From NCBI GenBank assembly GCA_030615175.1, contig JAUWZX010000001.1:524044-588043 (forward strand): a stretch of DNA of 64,000 bases. The letters run 5' to 3'. The stretch is from Candidatus Parvarchaeota archaeon. Its GTDB lineage: Archaea > Nanobdellota > Nanobdellia > WJKC01. Position 1 is the stretch's first letter. Each line of letters begins with the position of its first letter. Below are positions 35,674 to 45,491 of this stretch, piece by piece. Under the pieces are notes generated by a model. That model saw only the letters and a list, made by a program, of their open reading frames with translations, was not told the DNA's origin and ran no database searches. The position numbers and the translations under genes were made by a program.

Positions 35674-35777
35674 TTACTTTAGCTTTTAAAGAATTGTTAT
35701 TTAAAAAGGTTCTTGCATCTAATAACTGTTATAATTAAAGAGTAATTTTTAAAATAAGTTAATCAATCTAATAGTTG

Positions 35778-36731
35778 ATGAGTCAGGCAGTTCTTTGCGG
35801 TTATGAATTAAGGAATCCTTTTCTGAATGCTTCAGGATTGTTTTCCGATTCTCCGGCACTGCTTAAGGAATGGGTGCGTGCAGGTGTTGGTGCAGTGATT
35901 ACTAAGTCAATAACTCTTAATGAGAAGAAATCCAATCCTTTTAATTACTTTAAGACTCCTCCTGAACTCATCCTAATTAAGGGTTCTGATTACACTATTA
36001 ATTCAATGGGTCTTCCTAATAAAGGATTTATGTGGTGGAAGAAGGAGTTAAGTAAGACTAGCTTTAGCATTCCTTTAGTAGTGAGTGTGGCGACAGGCAC
36101 TGGCGACTTAAGCGAGTATTCAAAAATCATTAATGAGTTAGAACCTTTTGCCAGCATCTTTGACGTTAACGTGTCCTGCCCTAACACGAGCAACAGGATT
36201 ATTGGTTATGACTTGGAATCATTAAGTGAAGTGCTTTCATCAATAAACACTGATAAGCCTTTTAGCGTGAAACTGCCCTGTTATTATGATAAGAATTCCT
36301 TGAAGGATGTGATTCTTGACTTTGACGAGGTTGGCATGCACTTCCTTAAAGAGAAAGCAGTTGTTCAAGTTCCTGAAGAAATCAATGAAGATGAATTAAT
36401 CAGTGTTCTTGACTTACTTGATGATTATGGAGTTAAGTGCGTTACCTCTCATAATACTTTCCCTGTCAGCCACCCATTACTTAGCATGCCAAGAGGAGGG
36501 CTTTCCGGCAGACCGATTCATGACATTAGTGTTAAGCAGGCAGGCTTTATTTCAGAGCATTCAAGTCTTGAAATCATTGCGAGCGGCGGCATCTTGAATC
36601 CGAATGATGCTTCAGACTTCCTGAGTATCAGTAATGTCAGGGCAGTTCTTTTAGGAAGCGGTTATTTCCAGTATGATTCTGTTAAATCATTCGTCTTCGA
36701 ATTCATCAAAAAAGCGTCGCAGCTCATCTGA
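35778..36731 (+). CDS. pyrD: Dihydroorotate dehydrogenase, class 1
   Basis: LNASG, TKSIT, NSMGLPNKG, NVSCPNT (catalytic Cys), GGLSGRPI, IASGGI. ATG at 35778; the track starts 3 nt earlier at TTG. Confidence 0.8.
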   Translation: MSQAVLCGYELRNPFLNASGLFSDSPALLKEWVRAGVGAVITKSITLNEKKSNPFNYFKTPPELILIKGSDYTINSMGLPNKGFMWWKKELSKTSFSIPLVVSVATGTGDLSEYSKIINELEPFASIFDVNVSCPNTSNRIIGYDLESLSEVLSSINTDKPFSVKLPCYYDKNSLKDVILDFDEVGMHFLKEKAVVQVPEEINEDELISVLDLLDDYGVKCVTSHNTFPVSHPLLSMPRGGLSGRPIHDISVKQAGFISEHSSLEIIASGGILNPNDASDFLSISNVRAVLLGSGYFQYDSVKSFVFEFIKKASQLI

Positions 36732-37220
36732 GTCCTTTGGCTGTTTATCTTTAAGTTTATCTAAAAAGCGCTGCAGAGAATCAAGATTTCCTGTGAAAAT
36801 AACTCCTCTCCTCCTTGGCCTGACGCGTTGCATTTTCTTTAATTCTGGTCTTCTTATCTTTAGTGACTGTTTAAAATTCTTTTCGTAAATCATTTTCGTA
36901 TTCCTGATTAATCCAGTTATGAGTTTAGTCTTAAAACTTTTTGATGCGTATAATCCTTTGTAAATTATTTCTATTAACTCCTGGTCCGCTTCTTGCAGGA
37001 ATCCTTCATATATTCTTTCCTGCTCTTTATTGAGTTCAGTTAATCCATAAAAGTTATTGCCAAATTCCTTTAACTTATTATTCGTGCATTCCAGTAATAA
37101 GAATTCAAGAACTCTTCCATCCCTGTCAAGCCCTCTCTTTAATGCATTGTTAAATGCGTAAATAAAGTTTTTATCTGCCTGCTCAAGGAATTCCAGATAA
37201 CTTTTCAAAACATTATTCAT
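36687..37220 (-). CDS. Hypothetical protein
   Basis: 177-aa ORF that overlaps the upstream SIS gene by 4 nt, so they are likely in an operon. Confidence 0.45.
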   Translation of the reverse strand: MNNVLKSYLEFLEQADKNFIYAFNNALKRGLDRDGRVLEFLLLECTNNKLKEFGNNFYGLTELNKEQERIYEGFLQEADQELIEIIYKGLYASKSFKTKLITGLIRNTKMIYEKNFKQSLKIRRPELKKMQRVRPRRRGVIFTGNLDSLQRFLDKLKDKQPKDSDELRRFFDEFEDE

Positions 37221-38338
37221 TCTAACTCCTCATCCCTGTGCGTTCTCTTCATGTCATCCTCTGTTATCCCATTACTCTTAGCTATTAATGCGAGTAATGA
37301 GTCAAGCGTTAAGTAAGTGTTTAACTCGAATAATGGCAGGAATTTGCTTTTCATATCAGTAATTGACGTGTTATAATCACTTTCAGCCCATTCTCTTCCA
37401 GTTATTATTAAGTTACCGTAAGGTCTTGTTAATTCGCCCAGCATTGAATCATTAAATGAGGTTATCCCAAACACGTTCATTCCAGTTTCTAATGCCTGCT
37501 CTGCATAAGTTATTATCTGGCTTGTTTCACCGCTGCCACTAATGAGTATGCATAAATCTTCTTTTTTCCTGCTCTTCCAGTGCCCTTCATAAATCACTCT
37601 TAAGTCTTTCTCTTCATTACTTAAGTGACCATACCTTATGGCGGCAACCCTTGAGATTATTTCATTAGTTCCTAATCCAATGAAGTAAACGTTTTTATCA
37701 TTAATTAAGTAGTTATTAATTATTTCATTGAAATTATTAATTGAGTCTGCTTGTTCTGTTAAGTTAGCAAGGTTTGTTTTCATTTCATTAATTATGCGGT
37801 CACGCGTTTCTTCATATGAGTTTATTTTATTATCTTCATTGAATGCCTGTCCGAGGCATGAGCATAGTACCGCGCTTGCCTGCTCGAATTCAGTGCCTAA
37901 CAGTGAGTAATCCTTTACTCGTTCATCATTTTTCGGGATTAATATTACGTAATCAAATGCATTAATTAATTTTTCATTACTGGTTATGAACACTGTTTTC
38001 AGTTCTTTCTTATTCGCGAATAAGGCATCCTTTAATGTTCTCCCGCTGCCTGACCTTGAATTACTTATGAATATGTCTTCCTTGATTAATGGTCTTAAAT
38101 TAGCATTATTAACCTGGCTTACCCTAGTGCCATACCAATTCTCTGCTGAGTCATTGAATAATAAAACGCTTAATAGGGATCTTCCTGAACCATTAACTGT
38201 TATTCTCTTTTCCTTAACCCCGTTGCTTAATAATTCAAGACAGTCTCTTATCACGCCATCATCAATCTTATTTAATGATTCATCAATACTGTTTAACATG
38301 TAATTATATGCTTTAATGAAGAAGTTTAAGTCATTCAC
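37217..38338 (-). CDS. Double SIS-domain sugar-phosphate isomerase-like protein
   Basis: Two SIS modules: ITVNGSGRSLL...FISNSRSGSGRT and VYFIGLGTNE...LISGSGETSQ. Specificity cannot be assigned (PGI/PMI, PHI or GlmS-isomerase-like). Confidence 0.6.
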   Translation of the reverse strand: MNDLNFFIKAYNYMLNSIDESLNKIDDGVIRDCLELLSNGVKEKRITVNGSGRSLLSVLLFNDSAENWYGTRVSQVNNANLRPLIKEDIFISNSRSGSGRTLKDALFANKKELKTVFITSNEKLINAFDYVILIPKNDERVKDYSLLGTEFEQASAVLCSCLGQAFNEDNKINSYEETRDRIINEMKTNLANLTEQADSINNFNEIINNYLINDKNVYFIGLGTNEIISRVAAIRYGHLSNEEKDLRVIYEGHWKSRKKEDLCILISGSGETSQIITYAEQALETGMNVFGITSFNDSMLGELTRPYGNLIITGREWAESDYNTSITDMKSKFLPLFELNTYLTLDSLLALIAKSNGITEDDMKRTHRDEELE

Positions 38339-38437
38339 AATTCAGGATTGATTAAGTAATGTTTTATAAATTTTTTTGAAGAACTTAACGCAGTAATAAT
38401 CATAATTCTTTTATTCCTATTCGTCATTTCTTTATTT

Positions 38438-38899
38438 ATGTTATATGAAGAAAGTATTTTCATGAAAGTTACTTCAATTACGTTATTCATTCTTGCATTC
38501 ATGTTTTTATATTTATTCATTAATCTTGCATTAATAGCGCTGTCTCTTAACTGGTTTTTCTTAATCATGTTTTTCATTTTCCTCGCATTAGTACTAAACT
38601 TTAGTACATTAAGGATTAAGATTACTAAAGAATCCATAATTGTTAGTTACGGATTAATCAAGTACACCACTCCTTTTAAGAATATTAAGAAAACCTATCA
38701 TGATAACGTTTCGAACTGGTGGTATGGTGGGTGGGGCATCCGTTTAGGCTACGTTAAGAAGAGATGGAGGCATGTCTTCAATGTTTATGGAGTGCCTCGC
38801 ATAGTACTAACATTAAGGAATGGAACATTTGATGAATTCGTTTTCTCAACAAAGAAGCCGCAGGAAGTAATGAGTATAATAAAGAAAAGAATTACTTAA
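38438..38899 (+). CDS. Membrane protein, hypothetical
   Basis: Two N-terminal TM helices followed by a ~80-aa soluble domain (WWYGGWGIRLG). Confidence 0.5.
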   Translation: MLYEESIFMKVTSITLFILAFMFLYLFINLALIALSLNWFFLIMFFIFLALVLNFSTLRIKITKESIIVSYGLIKYTTPFKNIKKTYHDNVSNWWYGGWGIRLGYVKKRWRHVFNVYGVPRIVLTLRNGTFDEFVFSTKKPQEVMSIIKKRIT

Positions 38900-39431
38900 A
38901 TGAAAACTTAACGCAGTACAATTTTTCGAAAAACATTTTCTTTGAGTCAAGAACTTCTGACTCATAACCTAATCCTCTTGCTTCATTGAACACTTCTTCA
39001 GAACTTGTCAGCGTGCTGAAGGCAGTGATAATGAATCCATCCTTTTTAAGATGCTTTTTTGCCTGCTTTAAGAACTTCACCAGCAACTCATAACCTTTAT
39101 AGCCGCCAGTCGTCATTAACGCTGTTTCCAAATCCTCCTTCTTCTCTTCAGGCAGGTAAGGCGGGTTAAAAGTAATTATGTCATACTTATCCTTAATATT
39201 TTCAAATAAATCTGACTGCACGAACCTTGCTTTCTTAATTTTCTTCCTGCAGTGCTCAACAGCGTAAGGGTTAATGTCAGCGCCCGTAACACTATTAGTA
39301 TCCTTATTCCTTAACGCTGCCTTAACAAGTATTCCTGAGCCAGTGCCCATGTCCAATACTTCTCCTCGTGCTAGTTTCTCCACCTGCTTCTCCAGCAAGC
39401 CTGAATCCTCTCCTGGCTCGTAAACCTTCAT
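38892..39431 (-). CDS. HemK/Mtq2-type N5-glutamine methyltransferase
   Basis: SAM motif VLDMGTGSGIL and substrate motif FNPPYLP (NPPY). The size matches archaeal Mtq2. Confidence 0.85.
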   Translation of the reverse strand: MKVYEPGEDSGLLEKQVEKLARGEVLDMGTGSGILVKAALRNKDTNSVTGADINPYAVEHCRKKIKKARFVQSDLFENIKDKYDIITFNPPYLPEEKKEDLETALMTTGGYKGYELLVKFLKQAKKHLKKDGFIITAFSTLTSSEEVFNEARGLGYESEVLDSKKMFFEKLYCVKFSFK

Positions 39432-39509
39432 GTCTTGTTATATATAATATATGATTTAAAAATTTTACTTAAATTCGACAATTATTAAAATAATGACTGA
39501 TGTAAAATA

Positions 39510-40808
39510 ATGTCTTTAATAATGGCATCAAAATTTAAGTATTGGAGAAAGAGAATATTATTAACTATCTGGATTTCTTACGCCGCGTTTTATCTTTGCA
39601 GGATGAACATGTCAGTTGCTCTTCCCGGAATCATGAATGAGTTTGGATTCACGAAGACGATGATGGGGATGATTCTAACAGGGTTTTTCATTACTTATGC
39701 TGCAGGGCAGTTCATAAACGCAGTGATTGGTGATAAAGTTGGAGCAAGGAAGTTAGTATTCGTTGGAATGCTTTTTTCCGCAATCATGAATATCTTATTT
39801 GGTTTTACGAATGGGGTTCTCGGAGCCATGATACTGGTATGGAGTCTTAATGGTTTTTTCCTGTCAATGGGTTGGGGGCCGATAGTTAAGACGATAGCTA
39901 ACTGGTTTAATATAAGGCAGAGAGGAAAGGCTTCAGGGGTTATAGGGACTTCATACTTGTTTGGCGGTGCAGTCACTATTGCACTGTCAGGTTTTATTAT
40001 AGCAATCCTTGGCTGGAAGTGGGTGTTCTGGATTCCCGCAATAATACTTCTATTATTAAGCGTGCACTGGGTTTTAAGAATTAGGAATGCTCCTGAAGAA
40101 GTGGGTTTGCCTACAATAGAGGATGAGGTTAACGGGAGGAAAGCAAGTAAAACAGCAAGGGATGAGTACATTGGTTTACTTAATATTTTAAAAATAGTTA
40201 TAAGAATGAAGCGGGTGTGGGCTACTGCTCTTGCATTGTTTTGTTTAAACATTGTAAGGTTTGGTTTCATGAGTTGGGCTCCAACTTACTTGATTGAAGT
40301 TCAAAAAGCAGGGATTACAATGGCAGCTATTAAAACAGTGTTAATACCTTTAACGGGTTCTGTTGGCGTATTATTCGTGGGGTGGGTGACTGATAAATTC
40401 TTTAAAACCAGCAGGGCGCCAGTGGCAGCAATAATGTTATTAAGCCTTGCTTTTGTTTGCTGGATGTTTGCGGTAACGCCATCTGACAATCAGTTTCTAA
40501 GCACTTTATTGCTTGCATTAATTGGTTTCTTAATTTATGGTCCGCTGTCCTTAATGACTACAACCATGCCAATGGATTTCGGAACAAGGAAGGCAGCAGC
40601 ATTCGCTACAGGATTCATTGATGGCTGGGGGTATATTGGCGCTGCATTGACTGGTGTAATGACTGGTTTATTGGTGGATAATGTATCATGGAGTGCAGCG
40701 CTTAGTTTATGGATTTCAGGGGCGTTTATTGGCGGAGTAATCATGTCATTGCTTGGCCTTTTAATGAAAAATAAGAAAACAGTAAGAGTGCGGTCAGCAT
40801 ATCATTGA
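39510..40808 (+). CDS. MFS transporter, organophosphate:Pi antiporter-like (GlpT/UhpC family)
   Basis: 12-TM MFS protein. The N-terminus WRKRILLTIWISYAAFYLCRMNMSVALP is typical of the OPA family. Confidence 0.7.
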   Translation: MSLIMASKFKYWRKRILLTIWISYAAFYLCRMNMSVALPGIMNEFGFTKTMMGMILTGFFITYAAGQFINAVIGDKVGARKLVFVGMLFSAIMNILFGFTNGVLGAMILVWSLNGFFLSMGWGPIVKTIANWFNIRQRGKASGVIGTSYLFGGAVTIALSGFIIAILGWKWVFWIPAIILLLLSVHWVLRIRNAPEEVGLPTIEDEVNGRKASKTARDEYIGLLNILKIVIRMKRVWATALALFCLNIVRFGFMSWAPTYLIEVQKAGITMAAIKTVLIPLTGSVGVLFVGWVTDKFFKTSRAPVAAIMLLSLAFVCWMFAVTPSDNQFLSTLLLALIGFLIYGPLSLMTTTMPMDFGTRKAAAFATGFIDGWGYIGAALTGVMTGLLVDNVSWSAALSLWISGAFIGGVIMSLLGLLMKNKKTVRVRSAYH

Positions 40809-40810
40809 AA

Positions 40811-41272
40811 TCAGGTTTTTAAGAAGATTAATAATCCTGTAATTGAAGATGCAACAGCGTAAACGTATATGTTAAGTCCTGAAATCCATAATAATGGTCC
40901 GATAATCAGGTAAGGCAGTAATACTTCTCTTACGAAGAACGCGCCTCTCGCGCCTGCAAATAATATTTTAGGCTTCCTCTTCTTACGCGTCCATGAGTAA
41001 GCAATAGCGCAGTCAAGCAGGGCGTCACTAACCCAGCCGAAAGCAAGCCATTGCCATCCAATAATGTACCAGAAGAAAGACCAGAGACTTGCCCAGCCTA
41101 ATTCCTCCAGTATCCCGCTCCAAGGCAGCCACTTCCTTTTATGCATTCCCTTTGTCTCTGGACTAACGCAGAAGCCAAAAGACTTTGACTTCTTATAAGC
41201 CTTGAGATAGCAGAGTTGCCTGAAAATATTTGGGATGAGTATTGCAGTAAAAAATAATACGAATTCAATCAT
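40811..41272 (-). CDS. Membrane protein, hypothetical
   Basis: 153-aa ORF, Trp-rich and hydrophobic. Confidence 0.45.
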   Translation of the reverse strand: MIEFVLFFTAILIPNIFRQLCYLKAYKKSKSFGFCVSPETKGMHKRKWLPWSGILEELGWASLWSFFWYIIGWQWLAFGWVSDALLDCAIAYSWTRKKRKPKILFAGARGAFFVREVLLPYLIIGPLLWISGLNIYVYAVASSITGLLIFLKT

Positions 41273-41299
41273 TACTTAATTATTCCTGCAGTTTTTTTC

Positions 41300-41491
41300 T
41301 TATAAACATTTGGATTTCGCGTGCTCATAAGCATTCCTGGTGTTTTCCTCTATTATGCAGGTTAAGCCGATAAAGCAGAATCCAGTCACGAATAATGCCG
41401 TGTTCTGCAGCAGCATTCCAGCAGTGAATAATACTCCTCCAGCACCAATTAAGTATTTCAAGTCTTTAAGGAATTCTTCAATCATAAACAT
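41300..41491 (-). CDS. Small membrane protein
   Basis: 63-aa ORF with one or two TM segments. Confidence 0.35.
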   Translation of the reverse strand: MFMIEEFLKDLKYLIGAGGVLFTAGMLLQNTALFVTGFCFIGLTCIIEENTRNAYEHAKSKCL

Positions 41492-41526
41492 TAATAATTA
41501 AGTCCTGACTTATAAATATTTATTCA

Positions 41527-42177
41527 ATGAAAGAATTTAATAAGCAGCGCAGTAAACTGGTTGATTATTTAGTTACAGTTGGAGTGCTTAAGACTCCAAG
41601 AATCATTAAGGCTTTCCGCAAAGTCAGGCGCGAGGAATTCTTGCTTGATAAGAATAGGGCATCAGCTTATATTGATGAGCCATTGCCAATACTTAGTAAT
41701 CAGACTATTAGTCAGCCAACAACTATTGCAATAATGACTGAAGCCTTGAACCCTATGAAGGGTGACAGGATTCTTGAAATAGGGTCAGGTTCTGGTTACC
41801 AGGCAGCAATTCTCATGGAATCCATTATTAAGGGTGAAGTTCACACTATTGAAATAATCAGGGAGGTGTACGAGTTCGCTAAGAATAATTTACTAAGAGC
41901 TGGTTATAACGTTAATATATATTGTATGGATGGCGGTGAAGGGTTGCCTGATAAAGCTCCTTTTGATAAGATAATTGTTACGTGTGCTGCGCCAGTAATT
42001 CCTGAACCATTAATCAGGCAGTTAAAGGATGGAGGAGTATTAGTCATCCCTGTTGGTAAGGGGATGAGTCAGGAAATGACTGTAATTAAGAAGGATAAAG
42101 GCAGGATTATTAAAGAATTGCTTGGTTTATTCGCGTTCGTGCCGCTTACAGGGAAGTTCGGCGTCAAGCTTTTATGA
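41527..42177 (+). CDS. pcm: Protein-L-isoaspartate O-methyltransferase
   Basis: TISQPTTIAIMTEAL, ILEIGSGSGYQAAIL and DKIIVTCAA are canonical Pcm motifs. Confidence 0.9.
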   Translation: MKEFNKQRSKLVDYLVTVGVLKTPRIIKAFRKVRREEFLLDKNRASAYIDEPLPILSNQTISQPTTIAIMTEALNPMKGDRILEIGSGSGYQAAILMESIIKGEVHTIEIIREVYEFAKNNLLRAGYNVNIYCMDGGEGLPDKAPFDKIIVTCAAPVIPEPLIRQLKDGGVLVIPVGKGMSQEMTVIKKDKGRIIKELLGLFAFVPLTGKFGVKLL

Positions 42178-42667
42178 ATACGTACTTACTGCTTAGTTCT
42201 TTTGTTATTAATGCAATCCCGCAGTAATTATCAAGGAGTTCGATTACTAACTTGACTTCAGGCTCTTCCAGGTCAACGCTTACTTTTGTTTTTTCATAAA
42301 TGACTTCTCCTAATTCCTTTTCTAATTCATGGCTGTTAATCATGCCTTTATGTCCTCTGCGCTCAACAGTGATGCGGAAGGATTTGTACTTCTTAACAGT
42401 GTCAGCGTAATTCAATATTCTTTCTTTTAATTCCTTAATTAGTGACTTCACGTCCTTGAACTTGAATAATTCATTAATAATGATGACTCGTGAAAGGCAT
42501 AAGGGCAGGTCTTTTTCTAATTCATCCATTAATGATTGAGTATCATCAACAAAGCCTGTAATCACATCCCTGAAGGATGTTCCTTTGAATTTGCCTTTAT
42601 CTTTTAGTGCTCTGAGTAATTCTCTTTGCTCGCCTCTGAAACTAGTGATTATTAAATTAAAGTCCAT
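42164..42667 (-). CDS. THUMP-domain protein (stand-alone)
   Basis: FRITVERRGHKGMINSHELEKELGEVI and the overall ~165-aa ferredoxin-like plus THUMP layout. Confidence 0.6.
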   Translation of the reverse strand: MDFNLIITSFRGEQRELLRALKDKGKFKGTSFRDVITGFVDDTQSLMDELEKDLPLCLSRVIIINELFKFKDVKSLIKELKERILNYADTVKKYKSFRITVERRGHKGMINSHELEKELGEVIYEKTKVSVDLEEPEVKLVIELLDNYCGIALITKELSSKYVFIKA

Positions 42668-42705
42668 TGAAAGATTTAATAAATATTAGTGAATTATAAA
42701 TCTTT

Positions 42706-42903
42706 GTGGCTCAAATAACAAGGGCTTTTCAGGATGATAATTGCAGTATCTGCAATGATTATAAGGCAGTGAGAGTGATAGTTGATAAGGGGAAGTACGT
42801 CTGCATCTGCGAGTCCTGTGCTGAAAGCATTAAAGATAAGACTATTAATGAAATCATTAAAGAATATGGTAAGCCATTAAAGAAGAAGAGTAGGAAGAAA
42901 TGA
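42706..42903 (+). CDS. Small zinc-ribbon protein with basic tail
   Basis: CSIC ... CICESC, with a KKKSRKK C-terminus. GTG start. Confidence 0.4.
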   Translation: MAQITRAFQDDNCSICNDYKAVRVIVDKGKYVCICESCAESIKDKTINEIIKEYGKPLKKKSRKK

Positions 42904-42907
42904 TGTC

Positions 42908-43498
42908 ATGACTGAACTTGAAATTAATGTTAAGCCAGTAACTATTTCTTTAATACTTATCTGCATCATCCTGTTCTTCTTTTCATCATTATTCCCTTCA
43001 ATCATTGATTTGCTGTCCATTAGTGCTGATAACTTCAGCGTTAATCCTTTGGTTATCATTACTGCTGCCTTTCTTCACAGGGGGTGGGCTCACTTGCTTT
43101 TCAACTTGTTTGCCTTATTCTTTTTCGGCACTGCTTTGGAGAGTGAGTCAGGGTCTAAGTTCATGGTTTTATTATTCATTGCAAGCGTTACCATTGCCAA
43201 TTTTGCTTTCATGTTTTTATTCCCTGACAGCAGTGCTGTAGGGATTTCAGGTTTTGTTTACGGTTTGATTGGCTCATTAGTCATTATTAAGCCAAAACTG
43301 AGAATCCTAATGCCTTTAGGATTCATTAGTATTCCAATGCCAGTCCTCGTTGCAGGGCCTTTAATTGCTTTGGGCGAGTTCATATTAAGCGCTGCAAATC
43401 TTTATAATATAGCGCATGTCGCTCATTTCGGAGGATTTATTGCAGGCTTTGCTTTCGGGTTGATTGAAAGATTTAAAAAAAGGAAGAGGGTTAAATAA
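42908..43498 (+). CDS. Rhomboid-family intramembrane serine protease
   Basis: FLHRGWAHLLFN, catalytic GISGFVYGL (GxSG), and AHFGGFIAG (catalytic His). Confidence 0.9.
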   Translation: MTELEINVKPVTISLILICIILFFFSSLFPSIIDLLSISADNFSVNPLVIITAAFLHRGWAHLLFNLFALFFFGTALESESGSKFMVLLFIASVTIANFAFMFLFPDSSAVGISGFVYGLIGSLVIIKPKLRILMPLGFISIPMPVLVAGPLIALGEFILSAANLYNIAHVAHFGGFIAGFAFGLIERFKKRKRVK

Positions 43499-43502
43499 TT
43501 TA

Positions 43503-44057
43503 ATGATTAACTTCATCATTCTTTTATTAACTGCCTGTTCTTCAATTCTTCTGGGCGGCTTCATTGTTAAGTTCACTATTGATGAAGTTAAGGGCAAGGA
43601 GTGGGCTTTAAGAGTTATTATCGGCGCTTTCTGTTTATTCATTAGTTTGCTAGTCCTTTACGCATGCAGTGATTCACTTATTAATTTCCTGATTGGTTAC
43701 GCTTTAGGTTATTTTACCTTAATGATTGCTTCTAAGTTCTCAAAGCTTGGCTATGTTGACTTCGCGCTCGTTAGCGGTGCATTAATGAGTTCTTCTTACC
43801 TTCTTAATGTTAGTGCTGGTTTATTAATTATTATTTCCCTGTGCGTTATGAACCTTCCGTTCGGCTCGCTGGTCACTCTTGAATTCAAGCGCAAGAAATG
43901 GTTTAAGAGACTGTTATTAATTGATTTAGTGTTAGCGGTAACAGCGTTTGTTACTTATCAATTATTTAATTATTATAATGATGCATTAATTACTGGGATA
44001 ATAGGAGGTTTATTCACTGTTTATGGGTTCTCATTCATTAAAGGGAAAAAGTCTTGA
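43503..44057 (+). CDS. Polytopic membrane protein, hypothetical
   Basis: Hydrophobic ORF. The ATG at 43503 avoids the overlap with the rhomboid gene that the tracked 43464 start implies. Confidence 0.5.
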   Translation: MINFIILLLTACSSILLGGFIVKFTIDEVKGKEWALRVIIGAFCLFISLLVLYACSDSLINFLIGYALGYFTLMIASKFSKLGYVDFALVSGALMSSSYLLNVSAGLLIIISLCVMNLPFGSLVTLEFKRKKWFKRLLLIDLVLAVTAFVTYQLFNYYNDALITGIIGGLFTVYGFSFIKGKKS

Positions 44058-44298
44058 GAAGACAATAAAAATCCTGGTTAAGCCTGGCAGCGGGGAGCAG
44101 TCAATTAAGAAGAGTAAATTAGAGGAGGATTTGCTTGAAGTGAAACTGATTTCAAGACCTGTTAAGGGAAAGGCTAATGTGGAGTTAATGGAAGTCCTGT
44201 CACAATTCTTCGGCGTGCCTAAGAATTATATTTTCATATTAAAAGGAGCGCGCTCTAAGAGGAAGTTGATTAAAGTAACTCTTTACAAGAAGTATTAG
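44023..44298 (+). CDS. DUF167/YggU-family (UPF0235) protein
   Basis: IKILVKPGSG...LEVKLISRPVKGKANVELMEVLSQFFGVPK..IFILKGARSKRKLIKV. Confidence 0.8.
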   Translation: MGSHSLKGKSLEKTIKILVKPGSGEQSIKKSKLEEDLLEVKLISRPVKGKANVELMEVLSQFFGVPKNYIFILKGARSKRKLIKVTLYKKY

Positions 44299-44708
44299 TA
44301 TGTCCTGTTCGCTTCAGCAAGCGGGTGTCCTTTGCAGTGAACTATGAATTCCTTATACCAGCCGAACGGTGACTTATGCACTTCAAATCCTTCTTTCTCT
44401 AATGCCTTCTTTAATTCATTTAATTTTTCTTTGGCAAATCCTGCACTGCTTAATTCATTGCTTAAGTGAGCGTAAGGGTATAAGACGACTCTCATGACCT
44501 TGACTTGACCCGTGACTTCTTTTATGCCGCCAACAGCCTGACTGATTATCTCAGGGTTCTCCTCGTCACGCTTCTCGAACGCTGTGAGGCATGCAATGCA
44601 GTCCTTGACTTCACTCCACTTTCCTTCTGCTGCAGGCTCGCTAATCGCTTTAATCTCTTTCACAGGCCTCCACTTAATACTATTCACATGCCAGCAAAGA
44701 ATCCTCAT
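44295..44708 (-). CDS. Free-standing archaeal-type threonyl-tRNA synthetase editing domain (Ser-tRNA-Thr deacylase, DTD-like fold)
   Basis: MRILCWHV..I...PV, LYPYAHLSNELS, SPFGWYKEF and CKGHPLAE match the N-terminal editing domain of archaeal ThrRS. The ORF is only 137 aa, with no catalytic or anticodon-binding part. Confidence 0.8.
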   Translation of the reverse strand: MRILCWHVNSIKWRPVKEIKAISEPAAEGKWSEVKDCIACLTAFEKRDEENPEIISQAVGGIKEVTGQVKVMRVVLYPYAHLSNELSSAGFAKEKLNELKKALEKEGFEVHKSPFGWYKEFIVHCKGHPLAEANRTY

Positions 44709-44755
44709 AAAAATCTGAAACTCCCATGAATATTTAAGGGTTTTTAGACTTACTT

Positions 44756-45007
44756 TTATTTTTCTTCAATATTCCAATAATCTTTTAAGAAATGATAAAT
44801 TTCGTCATTTAATTTATTTTCTAACTCGAATTCAATAATCTGATCTGGCACCCGAAACATGTATGCTATAATACCTTCTTCAGACTCATGTCTACTTTTT
44901 AATAATCCATATATTGTTTCTGATTCAGTAATCATATTCAGATTCCCTCCTTGATCCTTTATTTTTTCCAGAAAGTCTTGTCTTGGCTTTAAAATATATT
45001 TTAACAT
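44756..45007 (-). CDS. Hypothetical protein
   Basis: 83-aa ORF in an AT-rich patch. Confidence 0.35.
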   Translation of the reverse strand: MLKYILKPRQDFLEKIKDQGGNLNMITESETIYGLLKSRHESEEGIIAYMFRVPDQIIEFELENKLNDEIYHFLKDYWNIEEK

Positions 45008-45090
45008 GAAATACTAATAGTAAGAAAATAATTTAAATACTTTTCTAATTATTAACATGCCTACGAAAAGTTAAGGTGTCAGCACAGCAT

Positions 45091-45468
45091 TTAGTATTTT
45101 ATATCTGTTAAGTTCATGATTTCTAAAACAGAGTCAGGTTGAATATCTATCAGTGCTTTTATGCCTTTTGGATATTTATGTTTTTCAAAATGTTCTTCTG
45201 TAACTCCTTTATCCTGAAGCCCTCCATGCCAATTAAAATCTTTATGTTCATATTCTATTTTAAATTGACCTCTGGTTTTAAAATAAAAGACTCCACTATC
45301 TCCAAGTTCAAGTTTATACTCATTTTTTTTAATCGGGATAAGCGACATTCTACCAGCATACTCTAAGATATCAGGCTTATGAACATGGACTTCTCCATTA
45401 AATTGAAGTTCCTCAGTAAGACCTTCTTCTAAAATATCACCTAATTGTTTAAGAGTTAATCTTTTCAT
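45091..45468 (-). CDS. Hypothetical protein
   Basis: 125-aa ORF in an AT-rich patch. Confidence 0.4.
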   Translation of the reverse strand: MKRLTLKQLGDILEEGLTEELQFNGEVHVHKPDILEYAGRMSLIPIKKNEYKLELGDSGVFYFKTRGQFKIEYEHKDFNWHGGLQDKGVTEEHFEKHKYPKGIKALIDIQPDSVLEIMNLTDIKY

Positions 45469-45491
45469 AATACTATCCTCAGTATTATTAT

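Noticed and set aside
38335-38637. 100-aa minus-strand ORF
   Set aside because: It has Asn/Lys/Met-rich low-complexity sequence. It overlaps the better-supported + strand membrane protein 38438-38899.
42269-42280. GTCAACGCTT matching the reverse complement of part of the intron 18-mer
   Set aside because: It lies inside the THUMP-domain coding sequence and lacks the flanking TTTTCC/AAAAG parts. It is most likely a chance 10-nt match.
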